Assembly (NCBI GenBank): GCA_016748015.1
Contig: JAAOMT010000083.1
Location: forward strand, 4,765-68,764
Direction of reading: 5' to 3'
Length of the DNA stretch: 64,000 nt
Source of the DNA: Geosiphon pyriformis uo1
Lineage: Eukaryota > Fungi > Glomeromycota
The notes below the pieces were generated by a model, which had not been told where the DNA came from, ran no database searches, and saw nothing but the letters and a program-made list of their open reading frames with translations. A program made the translations under genes and the position numbers. Every line of letters begins with the position of its first letter. Position 1 is the first letter of the stretch. Below are positions 49,601 through 64,000 of this stretch, in pieces.

Positions 49601-52600
49601 AAAACATTAATAATTAGCAGTTATATTTTTATCAAACTTTTACTAATCATTAATAAATTATTAGATTTTAATATATTCTGCCAAAAATATTATTTCCAAA
49701 AGAAAAATAGACTTATAAGCAAATTTTTTTTGAAAAAATTAAGTAATAACAATAAATTAATAAGATATTAGATTTTTAAGATTAAGTTTTTTTTATTAAT
49801 AAAAAGTTTTTTAGTTAAAATTTTGTTTTACTTATTAAGTAATTGCTTGTTAAAAATTACACTAAATTTTTTTAAAGAATAAATTACATTAAAATACAAC
49901 TTTATATTTAAAATATTAAAAATAAAAATATTATTTAAGTTTAAAAATATTAATAAAATAAACCAAATCAAAAAAACACTATAATTCAAAATAATTTTAA
50001 TCATATTAATTATATTAACCAAAAAATTGTTAATTAAATTAATATATAATCTAACTAAATAATACAAAAATTTAGCAGAGTTTAATTAGAAATCTATAAA
50101 TCTATAAATCTGTAATTAAAAAACCTATTAATAATATTAAATATATTTAAAAATAAGACTAAAAATACTATTTTGTTTTTAGCTTAAACCTGGTTAAATA
50201 ATTTAAAACTATATAACAAAAAATAATATAAAGCTTTATTTAAAAAGTTTTTAAAAAAATTTGCCTTATATCTTAAATTTTTATATATTATTGTATTTTA
50301 CTTCTGATACATATTTTTTAAAATAAAATTGAATTGTAATTTATAATTAATTATTAGTTAAAGCATAACAAAAACCAAATACAAGAACTATTTATCAAAA
50401 ATAGCTTTTTTAAAATTATATTTACAAAAAATTATATATATAAATAAATTTTAAACATATTAAGTTTAAAAAAATTATTTGTAAACAAAAAAATTAATAA
50501 ATAATAATACATTTTTTTGTTTTTTACTATAGCAATTAATAAATTGCTAATAAATAAATTAGCATTAGTAATATATTTGTTGATAAAAATAATCACAGTT
50601 TCTTTATTTAATAAAAATATTATTAATTTAAAAAATTACTAATCATATTAAAAATATATTGTATTATAGTATAATTATTGTTAATTCAGATAATATTATC
50701 AACAAAAACATTAGCTTTTAAATATAATATTAATTTAAAATAAGTATTAATATAATTTGTTTTTAATATGCATTTAAATTTAATATAATAACCAAAAAAC
50801 TATTTATGTTTCTTTATTTTGTACAAAAAAAATTAAAAAAAATGTGTTATAACAAAAAAAAAAGCTTTACTTTAATTTTAATTATTATAAAATTTTATAG
50901 TTATTATTTAATCTAAAATCAATTATTACATGATTTAAATAGTTATTATAAATGCTTTTAAAAAATTTAACAAATTTAAAACATATTTTAATTCTTAATA
51001 AACTGTTTTTTAAATAAAACTATTTATAAAATTATATGTTTTATATATATTCTATAAAATTAATTACAATTTACAATTTTTTTTAATACATTTTTTATAA
51101 CTAAACTATGGCAAAAATTAGTAATAAAATTAATATACTTTTTAAAACTAAAAAGTTGTTATTACAAAAAATATTTAATTAACTACATATATTAAAAATA
51201 TAATTTAACAAAAACTTTGACAAAATTTTATAAGCAGTTTTAATCAGAATTATAAAATAAATATTTGTTAAAATTTCTTTCTAATTATAAAATATAAGAT
51301 TATTAAAACTTATACATATTTTTATTAAACAGACACTAATTTTAAAGCCAAACAAAAATTCAAAAAAACCAAAAATAAACTTAAAACACTTATATTATAA
51401 TACTATTAAAATTTATTTAAAATATCTAAAAATTTAATTGTCTTATTAACAAAAAGCAACTTTATTATTAAAAAAAATTTATTTAAAATTTATTTTTTTC
51501 TAAAAAACTATTATTATTTTGCAAAAAAATATTCTAAAATAGTAATATTTATTAAAATTAAAATGTTATTACTAATTAAATAGATTTTAGTAATGTTTAA
51601 TAACTTAACAAAATATTTTTTTATTATAATGTGTCTATACATGTAAAATTACTTATAAAATAAAAAAATTTATCAATTATAATATTATATTTCATATAAA
51701 ATAGCTTAATAATATATAAATAGTTCTAAAAAACATAAGTTTACAAATCATATTATTATACTTAATATAAAAACTATAAATAAACACAATATTTATAGCA
51801 TATACAAAGCTTTTAATTAGAAAAAAGCTTTAAAAAACTTGATTATTAATAAAAAAATATTGTTTAAAATTATTTAAAAAAATATGTGTATTTTTGTGTT
51901 AAATTAGAATCTCAAGATATATACTATTATTATTAACAGAAATTTAAGTTATTAATTAGCATGAAATTATTTTTATAATTTTTATTATTAATAACTTAAT
52001 TTGTATAAAACACAAATATAACTAAATTATAATAATTAAAAACTATAATATACTAAATTATATAACAACCAGAATTTGTCAAAATATTTAATAATTTATT
52101 AAAATAACTTATAATTTAAAAAAATAATTTGTAATTTGATAAAATGTATTTTTAGTTTACCAAAATATTAAGAAAAAAAAATGCTAAATTATAGAATAGT
52201 ATTACAATAAATTATATAAAAATAGAGCTTTTTTCTTCAAAATAATGTATTATTTCTTAAATATTTTTTTAAAATTGATTTATCTTACAAATTAATTCAA
52301 TAAAAATTTATCTTAAAAACCCAAAAACTTTTAATTATTGTTATTTCAAAATTAATTATTTTGTATTAATATTTGAAATTAATTAACTATTAATTTTAAT
52401 AAATATTAATAACTTTCAAATCTAAATTCAAACTGACTTCTTTGAATTATTTCTTTATTTTTTTTTAGTTATTTTTTTATTTTTATTTTTTTCTATATTT
52501 TTAAATAACTTATAATTGAGATTTTCTGTAAAAGAGTTGACTTTTTTAGCAAAGTAATTACATATTATTTAGAAAGTTTATAAATAAAATTTTTTGTAAA

Positions 52601-55600
52601 AGAGTTAACTTTTATTACAAAGTGATTATACAAAATAATTGATACAGAATTGGCTATTTTATTATAAATTTAACAACAAACACAATTCAAAATATAGAAA
52701 AATAATTTAAAAAATAAATAAGCTTATTGATGTTTATTAACTTCTATTAAACAACAAAATTAATAACAGCAAAAAAAAATAAAATTTTTTTTGATAATAC
52801 TATAATAAAATAGATAATAAAACAAAAATTTTTCAAAGTTTAAAAAAACACCAAAACACTAATATATTAAGTAAATAATTAGTAATTTTAAAAGTTGTAA
52901 ATAATTAAATTTTTTTAATAAACAATAATATTCATATAAGTAATGTAATTTTCAATGTTTTTTTTATTATATTTATATTATTTCAAAGTTTAAAAAAAAT
53001 ATAATCGAATTTGATAAATAATTTTATTGTTAAAAAAATTACAATAAAAAAAAACAAAAATTTGAATAATTATTGCTTTATATAATAATATTAAATAGAT
53101 AAACTTTCTAATAAATAACAAATTTAATAACTTAAAAGTTTTTTAAGTTTTTAAATCTAACTTAAATTCTTTTTGGTTAATATATTCTATTTAATTATAT
53201 TTTAAATATTAAAAAAGCCAATTTGATTATATTATATAAACAAAAACTAAAAAAACACAGTATTAAAATTATTTTGGTATTTGACAAATAAAAAATTATT
53301 TTAAAACAACATATTTTGGCTTATTATTAATTTTATTAACTAATAAAGTTCAAATTTAAAAGGTAATTAATATAAACTTAAATAAAAATAAATAATTAAA
53401 ATTATTCCTAAAATTAAAATTATATCAAATATATAGGCTAAATTATTAGTAATTATTTTTTAATAATATATTAGTATATATTGCAGTAAAATAAAAATTT
53501 ATATTTATATTACTATTTTGAACAAATATTGGCTATAATTACAATACCTAAAATTTATTTTCTTTTTATGTTTTACTTATGAATATAATCTTGCCATAAG
53601 TAATATATTTAAAAAACCTAATAAATTTAAAACTGTATTAAAACAAATAATAACAATAGTTAATTATTTTAATAATACAATTTATTTATATTTTATCAAA
53701 AAGTTTCGAAAAGTTCAAAAATAAATATATTCAAATTATATTACTTTAATTTATTCAGATAATATTTATTAGAATTTTTATTATTATTGTCTTAAAAATT
53801 TTGTCAAGCTTTAAAAATAAGTATATAATTATAGATTTATTAATTTAATTAACTTTTAATTTAACATTAAATTTTTCAAAAATCTAGCTATTATTTATAA
53901 ATTATTTTTAAATCAACTTTTAATTCATCTTAATAAATTTTATTTGTTATAAAATATAATATTGATTTTGCTTAATAACAATTTTTGATAATTAATAACA
54001 TATTTGTATTTTCTGTTTTTTCTTTATTATAGAACTTTTAACAAATCACAATTAGATACTATTTGTTTTTATAAAATATTACAAGCTTTTAATTGCATTT
54101 TAAAAATATGAAAAGAATATTTAAATTAAGATTTAACACAATATATAATTTAATAATTAGGGTAAAAATAGAAAAAATAAAAGCAACTTTTATTATTGTT
54201 AATTTTTTTTTAAATTCAAATATTCATAATATATAATTTAAAACTAATATTGAAATTTAAACTTTATATATTTTGCTTAATTTATTACTTATTATTATAA
54301 AACCTGATTTAAATACCAGTTAATTTATATTTTGTTTGAGTTAGAAAAATATAGAAAACGAAATTATTTCTTTAATTTTATAATATATAAACAATTTAGA
54401 AAAAATATATTAAGATTTTGAAAATTTGCTTTCTTTTAACTAGAAAATTAAATTTTTTGACAATATATTTATTTAAAATTTATGTCAATATAGTATTTAT
54501 AAAGTAACTATAAAGTTCAAAAAGATTTTTTTATATTAATTAATAAAACTATTTTCAAGTAAAATATTTTTATTTATCTTTATTAAAATAAACAAATTTA
54601 TTGTTTTTTAAAATTTAAAATAAAAAAGTATTAGCTATAAGCTAAATTTATTCTTTAATTAACTTTTTTTAATGAAAAAACGAATTTTATAAACAATATC
54701 TTGTTTAACCAATTCAATATACTATTTATCAATAAAATTGTTAATAAGTCTATTAATAAATTTTTTATTAAAAAATTTATTAATAAAATAAATAAATGTA
54801 AAATAGATAATAAACAAAATAAATTGCAAAATATTAAAATATTAAATATAATAATATCTAATAATTAAAAAATCAATTACATAACTGGAAACAAATATTA
54901 ATAGATAAAAAAAATTGCCAGATTAGAAAATAAAAAAACAGAAATAATAATAATGGCAATATAAAAAGTAATTTATTAAATAATTACAAATATTTAGCAA
55001 TAAATAACAAAACAAAATAAAAACTAATTAATATATTTGGTTTATTGTTTTAAAAACTAAATTTTATAAATAATAATAACTATTTTTTATTATTAATATA
55101 TACATTTTTATTGATTATATTATTTATCATATTTATATTTTAATTAATTAATATTATGTTAGTTTTAATAAAATAATTGTTCTAATAAGAATTTCTATTA
55201 AAATTATTAAAACTCTAAAAAAATTCGAATGTTTAATAAACTTTTTAATATTTAGTATCAATCCTGTTTTAAAATCTTACATATTATGTTATTTTTATTA
55301 TAAGCAAAATTTTTATGTACTTATTAATTGCTAAGTTAATTCTATCTGATTTAACTTTGTAAAATTCATGAAATTTCTTGATATAATAAATTTTTGGGTT
55401 ATATAAAAAGTTAAATCAACAATATTAAAACTTAAACCAACTTAAATACTATTTTAAATAATTCTAATTATTTCAGAATTTAATTTTAACTATTTATGTA
55501 TAAATTTAACAAAATTCATATCTAAAACTAAAAATAAATACTTAAATAATTTGGAAATTAGAAATTTTAATTTCAAGAAATAAGATAAACAAAAATTTAT

Positions 55601-57800
55601 TATATATAAAGTCTTATTAAACCAAGTGTTAAAAAACACTTATTTTGTATATTATATTTAAATTACTTATTAATCTTAGTTTTTTAAAGTTATTTTTTAT
55701 AATATTTAATTTTTACAAAAAATATTCTTAAATTTAACCTATTTAATATTTTTAATATTCTTAAAATTATATTTTTAATGATTTTTATTGATTTATTTTC
55801 ATAAATTAAAAAGTATAATATTTAAAAATCTTTTTCTAACTCTAATAAAATACATATAATCTTATAATCTATTAAAAAAAACTTCTGTGTATTTAATATT
55901 CTATAAATTATTACAATATTATACAAAAAAAACAAAAACAAAATAAAATTTATAATTTTTTTAATCTTATAAAAATTCATCTATGTAAAAATTTTAATAA
56001 ATAAACTATCTAAAAGTAAATTAATCAGACTAAAATTCAAATATTTTTTGAAACTAGTATTGTATTTTGTATTATTTTTAAAATTATTTTCTAAAATAAT
56101 AAAAATATTCTTATTAAAAGTTTTAATTATAAAATTATTAATAATTAAAATTTGACTTAACTATATACTTAAAAATATATTTTTATATAATTTTAGTATT
56201 GTGATTAACTATTTGTTTTTGAATACTGACTGAATTATTAAAAGCTGATTAAAAACTTTTGAGATTTTAAAAACATGTTTAATTAAATAGTTATTTATGA
56301 TTATTATAATACTAATATCTAAGAAGTTTAAATTTAAACCAGATGTAAATACTTTTATATTATTAAATTTATTAGTAATTTAAAGTTTAATATTAGAATA
56401 AAGCTTAATTTTTATTATAATTAAAACATTATTTTTTATTTTTTTATGTTATTTAATAATATTATTTTGTTTAATAAAAACATTTATGTTTTTAATATTA
56501 CATATAGTTATTTTTTAAGTTAAGCTACTTATTGAGAATAAACAAGATTATATTACTACTTAAACAAAAGCAATCAAGTTTTTTTAATATAAATTTTATT
56601 AATCTTTTAAATTATTATATTAGCTTTCAGACTATCAATTTTGAAAGTTAAAACTTTAAAATTATTTAAAAAAAGATTCAAAGAATTATGTATTATATTA
56701 AATAAAATTAGATAACTTAATAATAATTTGTCAATAATTATATTTAATTTTATGTTAAAATTTTGTATAAGTACTTTATTGGTCTTAATAATAAAAATAA
56801 AAAACATTTAATTTGTAAATAATTTTTGAAACATAGTTTATAAAAAACTTCAAAGAATATTCTAAAATCTTAATACATAAATTTAAAGTTATTTTTACAA
56901 AAAAAAGTGATCCAAAAATATTGGAAAATGTAATTATTACATAATAATATAAAATAATATAAAATAATTCAAAATAATACAAAATAATATATAATAATGC
57001 AAAATAGTACAGAAAAACTAGTAATAATATAAAATAATTAATTATAATATAAAAAAATAAAACAATAGTAAAAATAGTAAGCAATAATTAATAACAACAA
57101 ATAATTAAAAGCAATTTTATAGAACTAAAAAATATGTATAAAATAAATAGTTTTAATAGTTAAAAAAAAAACTGATCAGACAAAAATTAATTTTTCTTTA
57201 ATATTTTATCTTTATTCTAATAAATTTTTATCTTATTCTTATTTATATTTTTTAACTAATCTAATAAAATAATATTATTTAATTTACAATTATATGATTC
57301 CAAAATTTTAATTGCCAAAATTTAATTAATTGTTTTTTTTATTTTTATTTTAAATCAGATACTATTAACATAAATACTTTTAGAATTTTAATAATTTAGA
57401 CTAATTTTTCTTGATTATAACAATTGATAAAATACTAATTTCTTTTATATATTTTTTTATTTTATTTTTTATTTTTTTATTTTTTATTTTTTTTGTAAAA
57501 TAACAATATTGAAAATTAATTGTTTTTGAATTAAACTTCATAATAGCCTGATAAAAGAGAAAAGTTTTTTCTAAATTTAAATATTAACTTTATTTATTAG
57601 TTTATCAAAAAAACAAAAAACCAATGCCAAATTTTAACAACTATATTTGACTAGCTTAGAAAAAAAAACATCTCTGTATCTTATAACAAAAGAACTTAAT
57701 AAATAAAACTTTAAACAAAAAATTTTTTAAAGATTAATAATTTATTTTATTACTAAAATTAATTTATTTGAAATTATTTTGTTTTTAATATCAAATTATA
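46700..57800. repeat. Extremely AT-rich block, probably nested hypermutated retroelement relics
   Basis: G and C are very scarce, CpG is nearly absent, and there are no credible ORFs. It is flanked by recognisable decayed LINE pieces and holds a ~70-bp tandem duplication at ~52521-52635. Family assignment is not possible by eye. Confidence 0.55.
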
Positions 57801-57869
57801 AACACTAAATATTATAATCATATTTTTTAAAATTTATTTATAATATTATTAAACATATTAAGCAAACTT

Positions 57870-59300
57870 TTTGCTAAAAAAACCTAAAATAATACAAATA
57901 AAAGACTTTTTATCATATTGCTTATTATAAAAGCTTAATTTATACTACCAAAAAAGACTAAACAAGACACAAAAATCTGTTTTTTTACATAAATATACAT
58001 AATATAATTTTTATTTGACATAAAAAATTTAGTTTTATTTTAATTAAGTAATTTGGTATTTAGTATATTAATATTAAAAATATGATCATATTTTTTATAA
58101 TTAATATACACTAAAATTAATAAACAAGTCCAATTTAAACTTATATTCTTAAACATCAGAATTACACAAATAATAATATTTTTAACAAAAACAAAATTAA
58201 AACATATAATAATATAATATATATATATATAAGAAACAAAATTATAAGAAATAAAACAATTTTTTTTATTATATAATAACAAATAATCTGAAAGATTATG
58301 AATAGTAATATTTATTAACAGTATATATAAAAAAGTATAATAGCAGATTTTTAAGTTTTATATTTGTTTTTTATTGTTGGTTTTGGCTATATATACAAAG
58401 TTTTTATTTAATAAAATTAATTATTTAAAAATAATTAAATTTATAATTTTAATACTCTTAAACTTAATCAATATTTTTTATCAGAAACTAATAATTGTAG
58501 TTTGATTATTTTAATCTTATTAAATTTAAATAATATTAATTTTAATGTTAATTTAAACAGATTAATTAGACTTTTCTTAATAATAATTTTTTAATCTAAT
58601 TTAATGCTAATTTTTATAAATTCATATTAATCAAAATTTTTTTACTAATAGCCAGCTTTTTAATTACTTTTAAATTAAATTTAAAAATAAACATCAATTA
58701 AATAATGTTTTAGAAAAGTAAGTGCTTTTTCAAAACTATTAATTTTGCAAAAAAAGATTTTTAATATTTTTAAGTTTTTTATTTAATATTTTACTAGATA
58801 TTATAATAAAATTAATGTTTAAAGCAAAAAACTTAACTAAATTAAAGCATTTTTTTTCTTTGACTAATATATTAAACAACAAAATAAAACCAATAAAAAC
58901 AGATGGTAAGAGATCAAAAATTTTATTATTATATAAAAAATTATAAAACAGCTTTTTAGATGACTTTTTAAATAGTAAATTCATATATGTGTGTCTTTTA
59001 AAATTGTTTTATTTATGTATTTATTATTATTGAATATATTAAGATTGATAAAATTAGTTTTTTTATTATTGTGCTTTCAAGTTTTTAATGTTAAATATTT
59101 ATTAATATTATCTTTTTTACTCTTAACTTTATTGCTTTAAGAATAACATATAATTATATTATTATTTTTTAGCATTTTTATGGCCAAAAAATTTGTTAAT
59201 AAATTTATAATATTAAACTTAATAATAAGTCTTTTAAATTTTTTATTGAGTTTTTTTAACATATAAACATAAATATTTCGGTTTTTTTTGTGTTAAAACA
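57870..59300 (-). mobile_element. Heavily decayed LINE ORF1 copy related to the 63040-64000 element
   Basis: ORF 58739-58984 'EKKCFNLVKFFALNINF...KKLKNIKNLF' aligns with 'ERHSFEPVKSFTLDVEL...NKLISIKK' at ~63686-63786. ORF 58040-58282 'KKNCFISYNFVSY...ICF...FKNISLNW' resembles the ORF1 RRM-like segment. Confidence 0.65.
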
Positions 59301-60156
59301 GTTTTTACTTCAATTTTGTCAATATTTATAGCTCTAACCAAATTGTTAATTAACTTTATAGTTAAGTATAAAAATAAATGAAAGAAAAAAAATATAAATT
59401 TTTTACAAATTTTAATAGTTTTATTATAAACAGAAGATCAATAAAACAAAAAATTTTTTTATTAAAGTTTTATAATAAGTATAAAATTTTAAATTTTAAA
59501 TCTTTTTATTAATAAATAAAATAAAATACACTTTAATTATTAAATAATAGAAAATAATATTTTTATAACAATATTTTAAATAAATATTTTTTAATAATTT
59601 TATATACAATAAAACTTATTATAAGCTATTTTTGAATTTAATAAATTAGAAAATTTTAGTATTAATTTTAATTTACTTATTTATTTTTTTTAGAAAAAGC
59701 ATTTTTTATTCAAAAAACAGTTTGAAAAACCAAAAAAATTATATATAATTATATTAAAAATATTAAAATTAATTAATTTAAATTCTTAAATAAAATAAAG
59801 TTAAATTTTTAAAAAAATTTTTTTAAAAAAAAATTGCATAAATGATTTTAAAATTATCTAATTTATTTAATTTTTTTATTGGCATTTTTTGAATATTTTC
59901 AAATAATAATACTTTTATTTTCATTAAATTTGTATATTTATATTAAATTTATTAAATATTAAAAAAAGTTTATTTTCTAAAATTAATATTTTTGAGTTAT
60001 GATATAATAATAAGTATTTTATTAAAATATTAAATTTTTTGCAATAATAATTTGTTTAAAACTAAAAATAAAAATAAATAATTGTTTTTATTTTAGTTTT
60101 AATTTTTTAATATAATTTATTAGTATTAAAAAAAAATTCTTTGTTTTTTTAATTTT

Positions 60157-62250
60157 ATGATCATGATCAAAGCAAAGAGTAAAAAATCTGCATCTGATAT
60201 TTTTTTTGAAATACTTATTAAAATTTTAACTAAAAGAGCTCTTTTTGTTGTAGAAACAATTAGGCAAAATGTTTTAAAAGCTTTTTTTTTATCCAGTAAT
60301 TATAAAAAGCTGCTTTTGGTAGTTACTAAAACAACTTTTTTATCTTTAGCTAGTCTTTCACTAGTCAAAATTCTCTCAAAAAAACCCATTTAAGTGAATT
60401 CTAGTATTGCTTTTATCTTTTTAAAGAGCCCAAAAATTTTTAATAACAAACCAGTTAATAAGCTGGTCTTTTCTTCTATAGCTTTTATATTAAATGCTGC
60501 TAACATTTCTTCTTCAAAAAAATGGTCAAAAAAACCAAGAGTTCAGAAAAATGGAAGCAATCACTTGTTTTTGCTATTATTATATTGAACTCTTTTGTGG
60601 TTTTTAATAAAATTTTAGATGAGATCTCCATAATATTATCTAGCATGTTATCTAAGATGGACCAAGATTAATTACTGGTTGTATTGTCAAATATGATGTT
60701 TTCTAGCAAATTATTACTAATTTTAGAAGCAAATAATTATCTTCTGTAATATTATCTGTTCTTGAAAACTAAACTAATTATAAAAAAACTGAATCATTTC
60801 CTCTTTTGGTTTTTGGTGCTGCTGTTAATAATGCTTAGGAAATTATTGTTTGCCATCAAAGGTTTGCTGGGTGGATGGCTTCTACTCTGGTGTTTGATGC
60901 TATTTTTAAGATTAAATTAGCTCATATTAAGACTGTTTTTCAGTCTGTGCATAGTTTTCTAGATGTAAAATCAGTATTAAAGAACAATATAAAACTTTTT
61001 TGTATAGAATTTGCTTTTCAAATGTCTTTGGAAGCTGCATTTTTGGTTGAGCTATTTTTAAAATTGTCAAGTCTTTGGTAGTTTTTGAGTCTGGTTCTCT
61101 TTCTGCTGCTATTGTACTAAATAATGTGTCTTTATATGTATTTGCTGCTAATATTAAGATAGTTCTCAGTGTGTTTGATAGTGTTGCTTATGTTGTACTG
61201 AAGTCTGCTGATGTTTGACAATATGTGGTTGTTTATTTTGAAAAATTAAACTTTGCTTTGAGTTATTAATCAGTTTTGGTAGACAAAGATAGTATTAAAA
61301 TTTTCTTTTTAGCAAATTAGAATAAAACTATTCTGTTTCATAATAAATTTAATGCCAAGCTAGTCAACTTTTATCTGACTGTACTGCTTTTAAAATCAGT
61401 AATATGATTTCTTAGGTTGGTAATCAAACATGTTTTATTTTTTGCTTTTTTAATTCTGATTATTGTTTTTAGTTTGCTCTGGTTATATTTGAATTTTAGG
61501 TTGATCTGAATTCTGTTATTATTAAGACTGGTACTCTAAGAAAGTATCATATCTAATAAGAAACACTTGGTTATTAGTATTGTTTTAGATGTCAAGAAAT
61601 AGGCTACTTAGTTGTAGATTGTGAAATGTTTCTGTCTTTTTCTCTTAAGGCTTTCAAGATGTTTGTTTCATGTTTTGTAAGCACAAAGTTTTATGCTAAG
61701 ATGTCTGTTTCTCTAAGCTTTTTTGAATTTTCTCTATTAATAATTTCTACTTTTCTTTCTGGAATTAAAAATAATCCTTTGATTTTGTTTCAGCTCATGT
61801 CTTTGGAATCTGATTTGGTTAAATTGTTAGTATTAGTTGAATCTATTATTAAGTCTGTTAGTAAATTGGTAATTGCTTTTAAACAATTTATTAAGAATAA
61901 TTTTGTGTTTAGCAGCAAGCTTAGAAACAAAATTAATAAGTTTATAATACATTTGAGTGCTTTTAGTAAATCTGTTGGTAAATTGGAAAGAAAGATGGTA
62001 GCATTAAAGACTGAATATAGCATAAAAGATGTTGATTTGTCTGGTAATTTTGGTATTTTAATTGGAGTAAGTAATAAAGTGTTTGGTAAGTTAATAGCAC
62101 TCTGGAAATTTAAATCTCTTGAAGTTAGGTTTAGTCTTATAAAAACAGCCAAATGGCTTGTTAGATTGGTTTCTAGTAGTCTCACTTTGTTTGATGTAAT
62201 TCAGAAGATGTGTATTTTAGACAAGTTTTCTTGTAAGTTGTTAGCATAGT
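60157..62250 (+). mobile_element. Degenerate LINE ORF1 (RRM-like region + CCHC zinc knuckle + coiled coil)
   Basis: A long frame broken by stops contains the knuckle 'CFRCQEIGYLVVDC' (~61581-61622, His to Tyr), RRM-like 'V*QYVVVYFE' and 'NQTCFIF...FALVIF', and a heptad-rich C-terminal ORF at 61626-62249. No ORF2 follows. Confidence 0.75.
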
Positions 62251-63039
62251 ATAGCCTAAACTGGCTTGAGTAGCTGGTTACATGTAAAAAGTGCATGAAT
62301 TTTACTTAGTTTAAAACACTTAATTTGTTTCATTGTACTAGATAGTGATTAAGTTATACTCATTAAAACTTTAATAAAAAAAATTAGTGTTTTTTGTTTA
62401 AAATTATTAAAATAACATATTATATAAAATATACATAATTTTTTAAATATTATAAAAACATAATTTATTTAGAATATATATATAATTTAATAAATTTAAA
62501 TAATATAATTAATAAATATATTTATTATTTTAATTTAAAAGAATATTATATATTAGATATTAAATTTAATTTAAAATAAATAAGTGTAATTTAATTTTTT
62601 ATAGACTGATTTTTTATAAAATTTTATCTTATTCTAAATATTATTAAGTAAATTAAAAACAAAAAAGCTATCTTTTTATTATTATTTATTATTTTAAATA
62701 ATAAAAAACCTAGGCTTATTAAAATATATTAGAATATTAATATATTGAATTGTCTTAATGCTAAGCATGATAAAAATTTAAAAACAAAAAATTTAATAAA
62801 AAAACCTTAAAAACAATATAAAAAGTTAATTAATAAATATTAATTTGTTTATTTAACTTAATAGTTATCTTTATTTTATTTCAAATTAATTTATATTTTA
62901 GTTTTAATTATAAAAAACAAATAAAAAAGAGCTTAAAGTAATAATAATAATAATAATAATTTAATTCATATTTAACTATAAATTTAAATAAAAAATTATT
63001 TATTAATTACATAAATTAATTTTAAAATATTAGTAAAAG

Positions 63040-64000
63040 CTTCTCTTGTTGATCTTCTGATCACAAAGAGAGCATTTATATTACCAAAGATTTAACTTTT
63101 CTCTTTCTTCTTCCCCTTTGTTACCTTTAGTTATTTCTTCTGATATACTCAATTTTGTTGCAATAAAATCAGTAGGCTTTTCTGCTGGTAGTTTTGGTAC
63201 TGGTTTGACTGGATTAGGATCTCAGTCTGGGACTAAAAAAAAAATACAAGTTGAGAGTGTATACACTTAGGATCCTTCATACAAAAAAAAATCGAAAAAA
63301 CCTGATATTTTTAGAGTTGTAATGAATTCATCAGCAGGATCTCTTTCTAGACATGTTTTACAGACAGACTGTGGTAAATGCAAAATGTTTTGAAGTAGTG
63401 AGATTGAGAATAAAAATGCCAGCATTAGTGAGGTGTTTGACATTAAGAACATGAACAACATGATGGCTGAAAAGACTAGTTATGTAGATTTCAACACTTC
63501 TGAGACTGATGACATGGTGGATAATGTGACTTCTAAAAAAACATGAACAAGAACCTATGTTTTAGAACTGCCACCAAAAATGCTTTCCTTCAAAAACTTA
63601 AGTAATGATAATGCTGAGTTGGTGCTTTTTAAGTCCAAATTTGCTGGATCCAATTAGCTACTATTAGCCAAATAACATGTTTCAGAGAGACATAGCTTTG
63701 AGCCAGTTAAATCATTCACTTTGGATGTGGAGTTGGCTGCTGTGTCTAGAAAAATTAATGGCAATAAATTAATTTCAATCAAAAAATATTTTTATAGAAT
63801 TGATGGTTTTGGGAGAGCTTTTATTTCTTTAAAATTCCCAGAGATCATCAGAGCTTCATTTACTTTTGAATTTAGTATGAATAAGGCAAAAGAATTTGTG
63901 ATCTGTGAAAAAATTATTGTTAATGATGATCTAAGAAAAGTAAATAGCTGTACAGATAAAAAAATTGTTGTCAAGGAAATTTTAGTTGATCTTCTCAAGT
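63040..64000 (+). mobile_element. 5' part of a second LINE family (5' UTR + ORF1), moderately mutated, runs off the window
   Basis: The frame from 63163 (ATA, probably a mutated ATG) reads '..SVGFSAGSFGTGLTGLGSQSGTKKK...SFEPVKSFTLDVEL...FYRIDGFG..KFPEIIRASFT...IVVKEILVDL', with scattered stops and frameshifts. There is a sharp compositional boundary at ~63035 and an in-window homolog at 57870-59300. Confidence 0.7.

Noticed and set aside
48500-52300. Hints of Ty3/Gypsy gag-pol remnants
   Set aside because: Too eroded to read any diagnostic motif or LTR pair, so it is left within the generic AT-rich block.
49828-58282. Short Ile/Asn/Leu/Phe/Tyr-rich ORFs in the AT block (also 5885, 25671, 35303, 36347)
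   Set aside because: They are compositional artefacts of AT-rich DNA or TE debris, and carry no organellar gene motifs that would suggest a NUMT.

Overview
This is a eukaryotic, intron-containing, very AT-rich fungal window. The gene families (Sel1-repeat/TKL-type kinase, BTB-BACK-TLDc, class 3 lipase-like, class I methyltransferase) and decayed LINE families point to Glomeromycotina. My recollection of the repeats suggests Geosiphon-like DNA, which is unverified. Three genes look intact: an N-lipidated SAM methyltransferase (7943-8980), a lipase-like gene whose nucleophile Ser is Gly (14379-15806, minus), and a ~1703-aa protein with ~32 Sel1 repeats, a Cys-rich linker and a kinase (29320-34581). 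Four look damaged: a second Ser-less lipase-like gene, an NmrA-like pseudogene, a kinase-less Sel1 paralog (19457-21121), and a BTB-BACK-TLDc gene with one frameshift. Mobile DNA includes an intact PIF/Harbinger-type MITE, Tc1/mariner and CACTA/EnSpm relics, several LINE relics, and about 13 kb of extremely AT-rich decayed DNA. The best novel-system candidate is the pair of Sel1 arrays. They show concerted evolution, repeat shuffling and hypervariable helix-A positions coupled to a kinase, resembling a diversifying non-self receptor. Also notable are the Ser-to-Gly pseudo-lipases and a strong C-to-T/G-to-A erosion of TEs that spares the gene repeats. All splice models and alignments were read by eye.
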